Source of the DNA: Mobula hypostoma
Lineage: Eukaryota
Reading direction: 5' to 3'
NCBI RefSeq assembly: GCF_963921235.1
Contig: NC_086118.1
Coordinates: 24,492,001 to 24,556,000 of the forward strand
Length of the DNA: 64,000 bases
Shown: positions 12,913 through 26,829 of the stretch, piece after piece
Position numbering within the stretch: the stretch's first letter is position 1
Layout: every line of letters starts with the position of its first letter
Position numbers and translations under genes: made by a program
The notes under the pieces: model-generated
The model's database searches: none
What the model saw: the letters and a program-made list of their open reading frames with translations, nothing else
Told to the model about the DNA's origin: nothing

Positions 12913-13969
12913 TTTAAAAATTTTTAATTTTTATTTGGATAAGGAATTCACAAGTATCATGAACTTTTTTCACATGTATAACCTTTTCCTTTTTTTATAT
13001 ATGTATAAAACTATAATTATTTATACATTCCTAAGTACACATTAAGATGATATAAAAAGAAATTAGACACTTAAATAGGTAATTATGAGCAGTTGAAATT
13101 CTACTGTATTAGGCTAAGTAATGATACTAGTTGTTAAGAAAAATAGTAATAATAGTGGATTAATAATAATTTCCATATATCTCTTCTGGACCATTTCTTT
13201 CTGTTCCAAAATGTTGTATGTAAGCCTATGTAACTACCATTGTAGGTGCTTATATCCTAGCTTGTTCATGTTTGCTCCTACCCCCAAACATAATTATCGC
13301 ATCCCTATGTACTTATTTACTTAACTTTATCATTTTTATCCCTTTCCCAAATCTTTTCCTTTCCTTGTGTTAATTCTCCATTTTCCAAAAAAAGGAAAGA
13401 AAACAAAAACAGTAAACATTTAGACCAGGGGTGCTTATGTTAGCAATATTACTGTGTTGATGAGAAGAGCAGTATGAATCATTAGGAGAGTCATCTAAAG
13501 TCTGCTCGCTTTGGGGTTATATATTCAATCCATTTATTCCAAATTTGATAAAATTTTTCTTTTTGAATTCTCAGAGAGTAATTCATCTTTTCCATTTTAA
13601 ATATTTCCAAGATAATTTCGTGCCAATCTTCTAATGTAGGTGGTATTGGATTTAGCCACTTTCTAGTGATTGATTTCTTACTTGCCGCTAAAAGGGCCTG
13701 CAACAACTTTATATCTTCCTTCTGTTCAAGAAACAATACATGCCCCAAATAGAGCATCTCTGGGTCTTAAGTACCTTAACTAATGTTCTATGAATACCTT
13801 TCCAGTATAAACTTAATTTAAGGCAATCCCAGAAAATATGGAAATGATTTGCCTCCTTGGAGCCGCACCTTCTCCAACACGTCATATTTGTGTCTTTATA
13901 TTTTTCCTGATATGGGGTCTTGAAGTATCTTATAATATTTTTCCAACAATGTTCTCTCCAAGTCAAAGA
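12913..13969 (-). mobile_element. 5'-truncated L1-clade LINE (ORF2 C-terminus plus 3' UTR) with ~18-bp TSD
   Basis: Cys-rich motif CWRRCGSKEANHFHIFWDC and KKSITRKW...PPTLEDW...FYQIWNKW; A-rich tail; GTTGTTTTGACTAATTTT at 12895-12912 and 13970-13987. Confidence 0.9.
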
Positions 13970-14357
13970 GTTGTTTTGACTAATTTTAATGTCTAAGAAC
14001 ATGTGATATAAACAGCTATCAGGACAGTATTAAATCTCATCCACTATCATGTGTGTTTAACATCACCTGCTTTGCATTTTAATAAAATTATCATCACATC
14101 ATTTTCTTCATTGTATTAGGAGTACATGCAGAAGTCAGTGGCACTCTTGTGTATTTGGCCCACAGTATAGCTTGCAAAGGGGTTAGAAGTCACTTTAAAC
14201 AAAGCTCTCAAGTGGAACATTGGTTTATCATTAGAGAACACAAATAATATAGATTAGGAGCTCATCTTTGGCTGTTGATGCTAAAAGTACAAAGCAGTGG
14301 TTTTACTTCCTTACTGTACATACATGCTCATTGACTTTACTGACACATAGTTACCAG

Positions 14358-14705
14358 AAACAGAATAAGAATCAGGTTTATTACCACTGACACATGTTGT
14401 GAAATTTGTTGCTTTGCAGTTGCAGTACAGTGCAATACACAAAATTGGTATAAATTACAGGAAGATTAGATACAAGAATAATAAATAGTACAAAAAGAAG
14501 ACAAAATTCCAGAAAGATAGTGAGGCGGTGCTCGTGGGTTCATGGGCCATTCAGAGAAAGAAGCCAATCCTGGAAACTCAAGCATGCATCCTCAGGCAGC
14601 TGTACCTGATGGTGGTAAAGAGAAGAGAGAAGGCCTGGATGGTGAGGTCCCTTCATGATGGATGCCACCTTCTTGGGGGTATCGCCTTTTGAAGATGTCC
14701 TCAAT
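14358..14705 (-). mobile_element. Rex1/Babar-like LINE 3' fragment
   Basis: gaatcaggtttatt 3' end; cctggatggtgaggtcccttcatgatggatgcc = degenerate I.D..HPG motif. Confidence 0.65.
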
Positions 14706-14710
14706 GGTGC

Positions 14711-17700
14711 CATAGAGCTCTACAGCACTGCATTAGGCCCTTCAGCCCATCTAATACATGCCAAACTGTTAATCTGCCTAGTCCCATTGACCTGCATCTG
14801 GACCTTAGCCCTCTATTCCCCTCCCTTTCATGCATCTATTCAAATTTCTGCTGAATCATGAAATTGAACCCTCATCTACTGTAGCATAAGAAAGCTGAAG
14901 GACACATGAGTAATAGTGAATAACACGCTGAATTTAAAGTGAAAATAACATGCAATGGCTTGCCATGCTGTTCATAAGCAGAAGTCTGAGACCTTGCGTG
15001 GACCTCCTGAAACCAGACCTCCGGAGGGAAGTGCAGAATAAACAGTTCAGCCCGTGGCCGAGTGAAGCGGCAAAGAGCTTCGAGATTGGACAGGAAGTCC
15101 TAGCGCGTGATTACCGAGAAGACAAGTGGAGACAAGACACGTGAACACACAGTAGGATAGTTACAAGAACTGGACCACTGATGTGCACAATGGATGTTGG
15201 AGATCAGACAGGGAGATGTCATGTGGACCAGACGCTGGATGCTCAACCAAAGGACACACCTGAGTGAAATTGCATCAAACAAGATGGACACATTATAATT
15301 ACTGGACTTACCTCTCAGTGATGATCATGTCACTGACAACAACGTGGCACTGCAAACCAAGAACATTTAATTAGACGAGACACCTGCCAACCCTGATACC
15401 ACTTCACAGGTTCAGAGTCATGATGTGAACATTATCATTGACAAGACACCTGCCAAACCTGATACTAATCCACAGGTCCAGGGGCGCTCTCCAGAAAGAA
15501 ACAGAGTACCACACAAAAAACTGAATCTTTAGAACTGTGAAGTTAGTTATGGACTGTTATTGTGAAAGCACGTTTATTTTGAATATGGGCTTATGAAAGG
15601 GAAATTGAATGTTTCGTACATATAGAATTTTATGTTGCATTAATCTAAAGGGGGAGAAATGTAATGTTTGGATCTATTACTTTTAGAGCAATGACCCTCC
15701 CTCCCCATAGCACTGTGTATTGATCTGCACGTGCACTGTTGTCTATGCATGGGTATCACTCTCTCTCTCGCTGCAATGTAAATACACCAGTTAAAGCCAT
15801 CTCCTGCATGCATGCTTTTTTAAAATTGATATGTAGTTATGCACAGACACAACATCTACCACTTCTTCTGGCAGCTCATTGCACACTCTCGCCACCCTCT
15901 GAGTGAAGATCCCCCTCAAGCTCCCCTTAAACATTTCACCTTTCACCCTTAACCCATGAACTCTAGTTCCAGTCTCACCCAACCTCAGTGGAAAAAGCTG
16001 CCTGCGTTTACCCTATCTAAAGCACTCATAATGTTGTATACCTGTATCAAATCTTCCCTCATTCTCCTATGCTCTCTGGTATATAGTCTTAACCTGTTCA
16101 ACCTTTCCTATAACTCATGTCCTGGTAACATCCTTGTAAATCTTCTCTGCACTCTTTCAATCATATTGATATCTTTCCTATAAGTTGTTGGCCAGGGTTG
16201 GTTGCAATACTTCAAATTAGCCACACGGATGTCTTATATAACATCAACATAACATCCCAATTCCTGTACTCAATACTTTGATTTACGAAGGCCAATGTGC
16301 CAAAAACTCTCTTTATGACCCTACCTGCCTGTGATGCCACTTTCAAGGAATTATGGATCTGTATTCCAGATCCTTCTGCTCTATTGCACTCTTCTGTGCC
16401 TCACCAATCTCTCTACTCATCACTCACCACTCACCCTGTAAGTCTTATGGTGGTTTGTCCTCCTGAAGTACAACACCTGACACTCATCCTCATTAAATTC
16501 CTTCTGCTATTTTTCAGCTCATTTTTTCTATCTAGTCCAGATCCCACTACAAGCTTTGATAGTCTTCCTCACTGTGCACTAAACCCCCAATCCTGGTGAC
16601 ATCCACAGATTTGCTGATCCAGTTTACTATGTAATCATCCAGATTGTTGATATTCATGACAAAGAGAAGACCCTGCACAGATCCCTGCAGCACACCACTA
16701 GTCACAGGCCTCCAGTCAGAGAGATAACCATCTGAAACCACCCTTTGACTTCTCCCATTTGGTCAATGTCAAATCTCAACCTGAGTGCCCTTCTTGACCA
16801 GTCTCATATGCAGGACCACATCAAAGGCCTCATTAATTCCATGCAAACAGCATCCACTGCCTTTTGCTCATCAACTTTCCTGGTAAATTCCTTGAAAAAC
16901 TACATTAAATTAGTTAGACACAACCTACCATGCACAAAGCCACGCTGACTATCTCGAATCAGTTGCTGTATATACTTATTTATCCAGTTCCTTAGAATAC
17001 TTTCCTATAACTTACCCACTACTGATGTCAAACTCAGCGGCCTATAATTTCCCGGCTTATTCTTAGAGCCTTTCTTAAACAAAGAAACAACATTAGTTAT
17101 CCTCCAATCCTTCAGCACCTCATCTGTTGCTAACGTTGCTAAGGTCCCTGCAATTTCTGCTGTAGCCTCTCACAAGATCCAACAGAACACCTTGTCAGGT
17201 CCTAGGGATTTATCCACCCTAACTTCTCTGAAGACAGCAAACATCTCCTCTTCTGTATTTTGTACACGTTTCTTGACCAGCTCTGCTGTTTTGCCTCACT
17301 TCTACGGACTCTATGTCCATCTCCCAAATAAATACAGATGCACAAGATCCATTTAAGATCTCCTCCATCTCTTTTGGTTCTATGCATGGATGACCACACT
17401 GATTTTAAAGAGGACCAATTATATCCTTTGCTAACCCTTTTGCTTTTAATATACTAGAGCAATCACATTCCTTATTTTAGCCCTCTTAATCTTTTTCTTA
17501 AGTGTTCTCTTGCATTTCTTATACTCCGCAAGTACCTCACTTCCTTTTCCTTATTAATCAGGGGCTCAATATCTCTTGAAATTCAGGAATCCCTGAATCT
17601 GTTATCCTTGCCTTTTATTCTGACAGGAACATAGGAACTTTCCGCTCTCAAAATTGCACTTTTTAAAGGCCTCCTACTTACAAAGCTCATTTTGCCAGAA

Positions 17701-19480
17701 AAAAATCTATCCCAATCCACACTCTCTTACTAAAATAGACTTTTCTCTAATTTAGAAACTCAACCCAGGGGGCAGGCCTACCCTTCACCATAATTCTCTT
17801 GAAACAAATTATGAACATGAAATGCAATGTGTTCCCCTACGTCTGTCATCTGCCCTGTCTCATTCCCTAATAACAGATCTAGTATCATATTATCTTCAGT
17901 TGGGACATCTATGTATTGATTAAGGAAACTTTCCTGAACATATTTGACAAACTTTATTCCATCCAGTCCTTTTACATATAGGAGTTCAAGTCAATATATG
18001 GAAAGTTAAAATCACCTAATATCACAGACTTATGTATCTTACAATAGTCTGCAATGTCTCTACGAATGTGTTCCTCTAAATTGTGCTGACTATTGATTGA
18101 TCGATAACTTAATCCCATTAACATGGTCATCCATTTGATATTCCTCAGTTCCACCAATATTGCCTCAGTAGATGAGCTCTCCAGTTTATCTGCACACTGC
18201 TGTGACATTTTTCCTGACTAGTAATGTCCCCCTCCCCCATCCCATTAACCATGTCTTAAACAACGAAACCCTGGAACATTGAACTGTCAGTCCTGCATCT
18301 TCTGCAATCTAGTCTCACTAATGTCTACAAAGCCATAATTCCACATGCTGATCCATGGCCAAAGCTTTCCTTTCCTACAATACTCCTTGCATTGAAACAT
18401 ACACAATGCAGAACATTAGTTCCACCATTCTCACCTTTCGATTCTTGGCTTTGTAAGTAGGCATAGCAACATTTTCCCCACAACTACGTCGCTATCTGCT
18501 CTGGTGCCCTGTTTCCCATTCCCCTGTGACTCCAGTTTAAATCAGGGGATGTGAACCAAAGCACCAGATCAGCACTAGCAAACCTTCCTGCAAGGATTCA
18601 GTCCCCCTCCAGTTTAAGTGTAGAACATCCCTTTTGTATGGGTCCTACTTTCCCTGGAAGAGAGTCCAATGTTCTGACAATCTGAAGCCCTCCCTCCTGC
18701 ACTATTTCCTTAACCATGGATGAAACTGTATTATATTCTTATTTCTAGCCTCACCAACACATGGCACTGGAGACATCCTTGGAGGTGCTGTCCTTTAACA
18801 TAGCACCTAATTTCCTGAACTCATTTTTTGGGATCTCAGCATCTTCCTACCCGTGTCATTAGTACAGTCATGGACCACGATCTCTGGTTGCTCACCCTTC
18901 CAATAAAGATTTCTGTGGATTTGATCTGAGATGTCCCTAACCCTGGCATCCAAAAGGCAACATACAGTCCAGGAACCTTGTTCTCATCCACAGAACCACC
19001 TGTCTGTTCCTCTAATCACTGAATCAACAATTCCTCCAGCTTTCCTCCTCTCCAGTGTTTTCCTTCTGAGCACAGATTAAGACTGACCAGAAACCTGACC
19101 ACTGTTGCTTTCTTTCCTTGGTCATTCTCCCCCAGTATCTAAAGCAGTATACCTATTATTGAGAGAAATGGACAGAGGAGTACTCTCCACTGTCTGCTGT
19201 CCCCCATTGTCCCTCCTGATGGTCACCCAGTTACTTGTGTTCTGCACCTTAAATGTAATTACTTTCCTGTATCATCTATCAATCAACCCTTTAGCCTCCC
19301 AAATGATGCAGGATTCATCCAGCTCCTACTCCAATTCTTCAACATGGTCTGTAGGAAGCTGCAACTGGATGCACTTCTTGCAGGTTTAGTCATCAGGGAT
19401 ACTGGAGGTCTTCCTGTCTTCCAACATCCTGCAAGAGGAACATTCCACTATCCAGCCTGGCATCCCCACTGCTCTAACTG
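14711..19480 (-). mobile_element. Near full-length, degenerate CR1 LINE (ORF1 esterase, APE, RT), interrupted by the Gypsy remnant
   Basis: Colinear fragments: WRPVTSGVLQGSV (16547-16741), APE ILGDFNFPYID (17972-18208), ORF1 DGLHL-like region ~18600-18640, Cys motif ~19360. Confidence 0.85.
14880..15854 (+). mobile_element. Internally deleted Gypsy LTR retrotransposon: integrase C-terminus, PPT, ~195-bp 3' LTR, 5-bp TSD
   Basis: AMLF..RSLR..VDLLKPDL...FEIGQEVLARDYREDKW, then RTGP and HVDQ-like motifs; PPT AAAGGGGGAGAAA before TGTAATG (15660); ends ...CAACA (15854); TCTAC at 14875-14879 and 15855-15859. Confidence 0.85.
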
Positions 19481-19859
19481 CTCAATGAGGATGAAAGAAT
19501 GAAGGAAAATTAAATGAAAAAATCATTTAAAAATGAAAAACATGAGGCCTCTCTGAGCCGAAGTCCCAACTCCCCACTCTAACACTGACCACAAGCACAA
19601 AGGCTTAAACTTAATTTATTTTTTATTGGCCCTTACCAAGTGCCTAATTATGCACAACCCAGCATCTCCTAGCAATGTGTAGTAGGCAATATGTCCCAAC
19701 GAACCCTCACCCTCCCTGCTCGCTTCTTTTGAAATCTCTATCCTGCCACACAAATACCAACATCGCTCTGTAATATGAGGTATGCAGAATGCCCCAACTG
19801 CCCCTGATAACTTGGTTTGAAATCTGTCTCCTGTTCTCCACAACCCAACATCTCCCAGC

Positions 19860-20535
19860 GATGTGGGACGTGCAGATGGGCTAGTACCCATGACATAACT
19901 GGCTGAGTTTACAATCCTCTGCAGTTTTTTTTCCAATCCTGTTCATTGGCAACTCCACGGAAAACAGTGATGCAACCAGTCAGAATGCTGTCCACTGTAA
20001 GCATATTGAAATTTGCAACAGTCTTGGTGAAATACCAGATGTCCTCAAACTCCTAATGAAATACAACTGCTGGCAGGCCTTCTCTATAATTGCATCAATA
20101 TGTTGGGCCCAGGATAGATCTTCAGAAATGTTGACACCCAAGAACTTGAAGCTGCTCACCCTTTCCAATACCGACTTCTCAATGAGAACTGCTGTGTGTT
20201 CTCCCAATTTCCCCTTCCTTAAGTCCACATTCAATCACTTGGGCTTGCTGACATTGAGTGAAATGTTGTGGTTGTGACGTCACTCAAACAGCCAATCTGT
20301 CTCACTCTCATACACTTCCTCATTTCCATCTGAGTTTCTGCCAACAATAGTTGTGTCATCGGTGAATTTATAAATGGTGTTTGAGTTGTGCCCATGTTAA
20401 TTGTCAGCAAGGGGGAGATATTTTTTTTCTGACCCATACTGACTGTGGTCTCCCAATGACACAGTCGAGCATCCTATTGCTTAGTAGCAAGAAGTTGAAT
20501 GTTGAGCTGAAATCAATAAACAGCAGCCTAATGTA
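19860..20535 (-). mobile_element. Rex1/Babar-like LINE RT fragment
   Basis: ERVSSFKFLGVNISEDLSW...KACQQLYFIRSLR; LQRIVNSAS. Confidence 0.85.
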
Positions 20536-20924
20536 TCACAGTGACTCACTGGAAGAGCTGTGACCTCACAGCATTACCTGCAACCAAAGGAATTCTTCCC
20601 TCAGCTAGTTATGTATATTTCCTCTTCACCTACTTTGTAAAAACAGGTTATTTTAAAAAAGATAATGAATTTATTGTTTCACAGTCCTATCATATTTCCT
20701 CTTGATATTATAATATTAAAAATCATATTAATTTTATAGCACCAATTTTGACACTAGAAGCTTCGTAATGTGGCTCACTTTTGTGTTATTCTCACCTGTC
20801 AACAATTGATTGAAATCCAACACATTCTTATGGGACAAAATTAGTAACCATCTTCCAGTCTGGGTCCATGAAAATACAGATTCAATTCTCTACTATTTTA
20901 GCAATCTTGTAACTAAGTCAACAA

Positions 20925-23105
20925 TTATCATCATCATCAGGTGCCGCGCCCAGTTTGAGCTTTGACTGCCATGGCCCACATATTCCTTTTTTGGGTCAAG
21001 TGGATCAATTCATTGGTATTCATTTCCAGTTCTCTGGCTGCTGTCTCCATTATCATTTGTCTTTGTCTTCCTCTTCCTTTCTTCCCTTCAATCTTTCCCA
21101 TAATTACTGTGCATTCTAATTCCTCTTTCCTAATCGCACGTTCAATGAAGTTATGTTGCCTTTTCATGATCTCATACATTATTTCTCTTTTTGAGTTTGC
21201 TCTGTTCATGACATCCTCGTTAGATATTCATTTCGTCCATGATATTCTTTGCATCCTCCTCAAAAACCACATCTCTGCTGCTTCAATTCATTTCCTCATG
21301 TTGCTAGATATTGTCCAACATTCTGAGCCATATAACTGGATAAATGTTACAGTTCAGTACTCTGAGGTGGGTTGTCATGCCTAGTTTAGAATTGGTCAGT
21401 ATACTCTTCATTTTCATAAAGGTGTCTTTTGCCATCCCTATTCTTCTTTTGATGTCCAAGTCGCACCTGCCATCTGATGTCACCCAGCTTCCTAAGTAGT
21501 AAAAGTTCTGTACTTTTATTCCCCGTTTATTCTCAGCCTACAAATAGGATTCTCCTTCTTTTCGGATATCACCATATACTCTGTCTTTTTGCAATTGATA
21601 GATAGACCCATTTTTGCACTTTCTTCAACAATTATATCAATTAAGTTTTGTAGTTCTTCCTCCGTACTTGCAATTAACACAGTGTCATCCACATATCTGA
21701 AATTATTGATGTTTTCATCACCAACTTTGATTCCCAAGATGTCTCTTATTTTTTTTAATATTGTTTCACTGTACACATTAAATAAATCAGGGGAGAAAAC
21801 ACACCCTTGTCTCACACCTCTCTTGATTTTCGCAAACTGACTCACTTCTCCATCTATTCTTACAGCAGCAGTTTGTTCCCAGTACAGATTTCTGATTAGG
21901 CGGAGGCCTTTCGAATCTAGATCTAGAGTTTTCTGTAATATTTCAATTAACTTATTGTGCTTCACTTTATCAAATGCTTTTATGTAGTCGATAAAACAAA
22001 CAAACAAATCTTTTTGCACTGGAATAGCTCGTATCCTTAACATCAATATTACGTTTCTTGTACCTTTGTCTTTCACAAAACCACATTGTTCTTTACCTAT
22101 TTCAGCTTGTATCTTACTTTTAGCTCTTGTCATCAAAATTCTTAGAAGTATCTTGATGGTATGGCTCATTAAACTTATGGTCCTATGTAATTCACATTCT
22201 ATCGTTCCAGGTTTCTCAGGAAGAGTGATAAATACTGATTTTTTCCCTCTCTTCTGGTATTATTCTAGTCTCATAAATGTCATTGATTAAATCAGTAAGT
22301 TTTTCAATTCCATAATCTTCAAGGGCAATAATTTGTTCTACTACTAATTCATCAGGACCTACTGCCTTTCCTTTCTTCATCTTATTTATTGAATTACGAA
22401 CTTCAGATTTTAAAATACTTGGACCTTCAATGTTTTTCTTAATTTCTGGTTCTTTGCCTTGATCGTTTTCAAACAACTCCTGAATATACTCAGTCCATCT
22501 GTTCATAATCTCAACTTTTTCCATGATAATGGTACTGTTCTTTGCTTTCAAACATCCACCTGAAGAACAGAGGAGCTTTTTACCAGTGATATTCCTGATT
22601 TGTTGATGTAACCTTTTTGGATCAGTAATAGGGATTCTTTCTATTTGCTCACATTCCTGGTTTAACCATTCTTCTTTGGCTTTTTGACATAAGCTTTTAA
22701 CTTTTTTATGTAAGAACTTATATTCTACAGGATTTGCTTTCTTCCGTCTCCTTTCTTCCATTAGATTTTTGATTTCGTCCGTCATCCATTTATTCTTTGT
22801 GCTTTTTTCTTTTTTAGGAATCACTGACTTTGCTGATTCTACCAAGGCATCCTTTAGAGAGTTAAATTTCATTTCTACATGATTGCTATCATCTTCAACA
22901 GATTCTATTTCTAGATTTGAAATCTATTCCTTACTTCAATTGTAAATTTTTGTCTTAAGTTTTCTATTTTAATTAATTACAAGCAGTGAAGGGATTGTTC
23001 TGGTTTTTGCTTCTTTAGTTTTTTTTAAGTTTCACTTTTACATGACATACTATTGGGTTATGGTCACTATTACAGTCTGCACCTGGATTCGTTTTGCATT
23101 GAGTC
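20925..23105 (-). mobile_element. RTE (BovB-related) LINE, 5'-truncated
   Basis: RGVRQGCVFSPDLFNVY, RYVDDTVLIA, GKAVGPDEL, GKIEGKKGRGRQR; (TGA)n tail at 20925-20938. Confidence 0.93.
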
Positions 23106-23332
23106 AAAAATAACCTTTTAATTACCAATTAACTTGAATTTTTATGTGGATCCTTGTCTGGCGCCAACTTGATCCCTTTCAGCTGAATCCATATATTCTC
23201 TCGCTTTTATTTGAGTTTTACAAAAAAAAACCAGCAGGTTTGCATGTTTTGACATGACCATTATAAATCTATGCTGCCCATTCCAATTATCTTTGACTTC
23301 TGCTAAGTATTCACTCACTTCCTTAATATGTT

Positions 23333-23660
23333 GGGTGGCACAGTGGCTCAGGTAGTAGAGCAGCTGCCGCACAGCACCAAAGACTTAAGTTCAATCCTAA
23401 CCTCAGATGCTGTCTATGTGGAGTTTGCATGTTTTCCCTGATAAAATGGATTTCCTTGGGTGCTCTTGTTTCATCATCAAAGGATCATCAAAGGTTTGCT
23501 CAGTTACTTGGCTACTGCAAAATGCCCTCACGTGTAGGTGAGTGGTGGAATCTGGGGAGAGGTGACGAGAATAGCAAATACAATTAAAATGATGAAGTAA
23601 ATGGGCCAATGTAGATTCTGTGGCTGAAGGGCCTGTTTACATGTTATCTTCGTCCGTGAT
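23333..23660 (+). mobile_element. HE1/V-SINE tRNA-derived SINE
   Basis: A-box gtggctcaggtagtagagc, B-box gttcaatcc, V-domain tgtggagtttgcatgttttccctg, CR1-like tail ggctgaagggcctg. Confidence 0.8.
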
Positions 23661-24329
23661 CCTATAGCAGATTATAAATTTCAATAGTCTCTAGGCAACC
23701 AATTCCTTGTTTATGTTTCAGCTCCTTTACATGTGAAGTTAAAGAAGCTGTGGAAACAATAGTTAAAATATCTGCAATATCCTCTGCTTCTGCATTGAAC
23801 ACTTGAGAAAGCAACCATCTGATCCCATGGATTAGTTAGTCTTTAGTGCCTTATTTTATTTTGGCCCATGTAATATTAATCAGTTTCAGTCTTTGACTCA
23901 TTACTAGTTTTCCAGCAATGAGTTTTTCTCTATTGTGGTGAATAATATAAAGAAATTATCCAATAATGTTGTCTTTTTCTAGCACCTTTACTCCCAAGTG
24001 TTTTTATAGTTGAGTAAATACTTTTCTTTGAACTGTAAAATCTGGACTAATTGTGATTATCCCTCAAAAGAATTTTTAATTCATTATTCAAAATTCTTTC
24101 TATATAGTTCTTTATTGTTCTTCCTTTTCAATCATGTGCAAAATTTATATTGTACTTTTTCCATAATTCTTTAATCACAAAGTACACAGTTGACTCCAGA
24201 TTGGAAAGTGGAATTAGCTGGATCATCGGCAAGATAAGGAAACACAAATTCATAGTCCATATGATTTTCAACAGAGAGGTTACAGAATCTTGATATTAAA
24301 AGAAGAAGCTGAAGTCAAATCTATTAGTA

Positions 24330-24870
24330 CTTCACTAAAGTAAAGGGAATTACAGAGACAAGAGAGCTGAGCTGGCCAAAGGTGATTGGAAAGGGATCCT
24401 AGCAGTGATGATGGAAGAGAAGCAATGGTTGTAGTTTTTGGGAGCAATTCGAAAGGCACAGGATAGATACATCTCAAAGATGAAGTAGTATTCTAAAGGC
24501 GGGATGACGTCACCGTGGCTAACATGAGACGTCAAAACTAACATAAAAGCAAAAGAGAGGGCATAAAATAGAGCAAAAATTAGTGGGAAGTTAGAGAATT
24601 GGGAAGCTTTTAAAAAGCCAACAGAAGGCAACTGAAAAAAGCCATGAGGAGGGAAAAGATTAAATATGAAGTTAAACTAACCAATAGTATCAAAGAGGAT
24701 ACCAAATGTAAAGGATAAAAGAGAGGCGAGATTAGATCTCAGACCACTGGAAAATACCATTGGAGAATAATGGAGTCAAAGAAAAGGCAAACGAACTGAA
24801 TAAATATTTTGTTCAGTCTTCACTATGGATGACACCAGCAGTATGCCGGACTTCCGAGTGTCACAGGCAG
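24330..24870 (+). mobile_element. Degenerate CR1 ORF2 linker fragment
   Basis: Homologous to the reverse complement of 56560-57050 (gagggaaaagattaaatatgaa...cagtcttcact). Confidence 0.7.
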
Positions 24871-26319
24871 AAGGCAAAAAGGCAGGTATGTTACAAAAGA
24901 CATTTGATAAATTATGACATAAAAGGTTGTTAAATAATTATAGAGCTTCTGATGTTAAAGTAATAAATCAGTGTGAACTCATTGCTGAACTGGCTCCGTG
25001 GCTGTGGACTCACTTTCGGGGAGTCTGATCTACCACCTGAGCCGCTGTGCCATCTAACATAATAAGATGATCAACACTCTCCATAATTAAATAGAAAACT
25101 AACAGCAATGTACCTAGAAAACTTTGTTTTACTTCTTCTTTCTCTCTTGGTCCTATTTTCTTTCCTCTCTATTTTACCTTTGAGTAAAATAAAGCATTTA
25201 ATTCGGCATTGAATTAGTTTAGCGTATATGTAGTTTTTGAAATGTCTTTTGGTAAACAAAATATTCGGGTCTGTGAAACTTTGTAGATTTGGAACAACAC
25301 AACAACCATTCTTGTTACACACCACCACCTTTCTGCTTTAACATGGGGAAATAAAAAGTCAGCCGAGGTGCTCACTTTCCAGGTGATAGCATCTCATAAA
25401 AGGCAATGTACGAAAGGGTACCAAACCAGCACAAATGATTGCAGTCCTAGTTTCAGTCCTACTCAAGTCCCCTTTCTCAATTGTTCTTTTTGACAGCATA
25501 TTGACAATAGCATAGTGTCATTTAAAAAGAAGTGAGATAAGAACAGGATGGGGAAAAAAATAAAAGCACGTTGATAGCATTGAGTCAACTTGTGTGGGAG
25601 AATACATCTGAGGTGTAAGATTGCTAATAGACCATGAAGACCTGCTTCTGTGCTGCAAATTGTATTATAAGTACATTTTGATTATAAACCAAAGTGATAT
25701 AAATGCAAGAGATTGATAAGAAAGTTCTGAGATCACAGTGGCTTTTGAGGGCGATGAAAAGTCAGTATTTCCAGTGTAAGAAAGAAACAGAGCACCTCCC
25801 TTGTTCTCCCCATAGATTTGGTCATTCTGCTTAGTGTTTACAGTTCAGTTGCTGTATTAAACTTCAAAGCAAGTTGTTAATGGACATAAAGATCTCTTAA
25901 CTTATATGATAGGTCAACTGTTGCAATAGCAGCCTCTTCCATAAATGAGCTTGCATTAAGAAAAAAATCAAAAGGAGTATTTGAAACAAATAATGGCAGT
26001 GTCTAGAAGTTCAGTTTCCCTTCATCAGGACTTCGACACTGACGAGAATTGTCAGGTGTGTGTGAGAATGTGCAATTAAGATCATGGAGTGTACAGTAGG
26101 GGAGCAGATTGTCAATTAATTCAGACAGAGTTTGGCAACCAGTCAATTCTAATGTAACGATTACAATGAAAACTGGCAATAGCTACTGAACAGTTCTAAA
26201 ATATAGTAAAGTAAATGGAAATTAATAACATTGAGGATAGAATTCATGGTTAGAACTTACTGAGGAAATGAAAAGTTGAAATACACAAGCTGCCACTTTT
26301 TGATTAACTGAAGACTAAT

Positions 26320-26398
26320 TGCCTGGCCTGCTGCGTTCACCAGCAACTTTGATGTATGTTGCTTGAATTTCCAGCATCTGCAGAATTCCTGTTGTTTG
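26320..26398 (+). mobile_element. Penelope 3'-tail-only insertion
   Basis: gcctggcctgctgcgttcaccagcaactttgatgtatgttgcttgaatttccagcatctgcag matches the PLE termini at 5380-5420 and 41050-41120. Confidence 0.85.
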
Positions 26399-26829
26399 CT
26401 TATATGTTTATTTAATTTTTGTTACACTTAAGTATATAAAAAAATTGTTGGTTACGAAGCTCTTTGCACTTCCCAGCAGACTTAAGACTGTGTGAAGATA
26501 GTGTTATTTTGTTGTCTTTATGGAAGCTAGAAATGAGAAGAGGGAGGAAATAGCAGAAAAGATCACACACAAAAGTAACATGATATGAACATTAATCTCA
26601 AAGAGCTGTATGGAAGAGACTTCAGCGGTGTCTTTATGAAAAGGCATTGACTCATTCTTTATAACATGATGCATGGCTTTCTGTTTGAACTGCACATGCA
26701 CAATTTAACAAAGCAATCGGGGGTGTTATATTCAATTTCTGAAGTTCCTCTCAAATTTTTGTATGTCATTTTTGTTTCAGCTAACTTTCATTTTTGTTCA
26801 ACAATTTACATTTGGAAGTCATAGATTTT

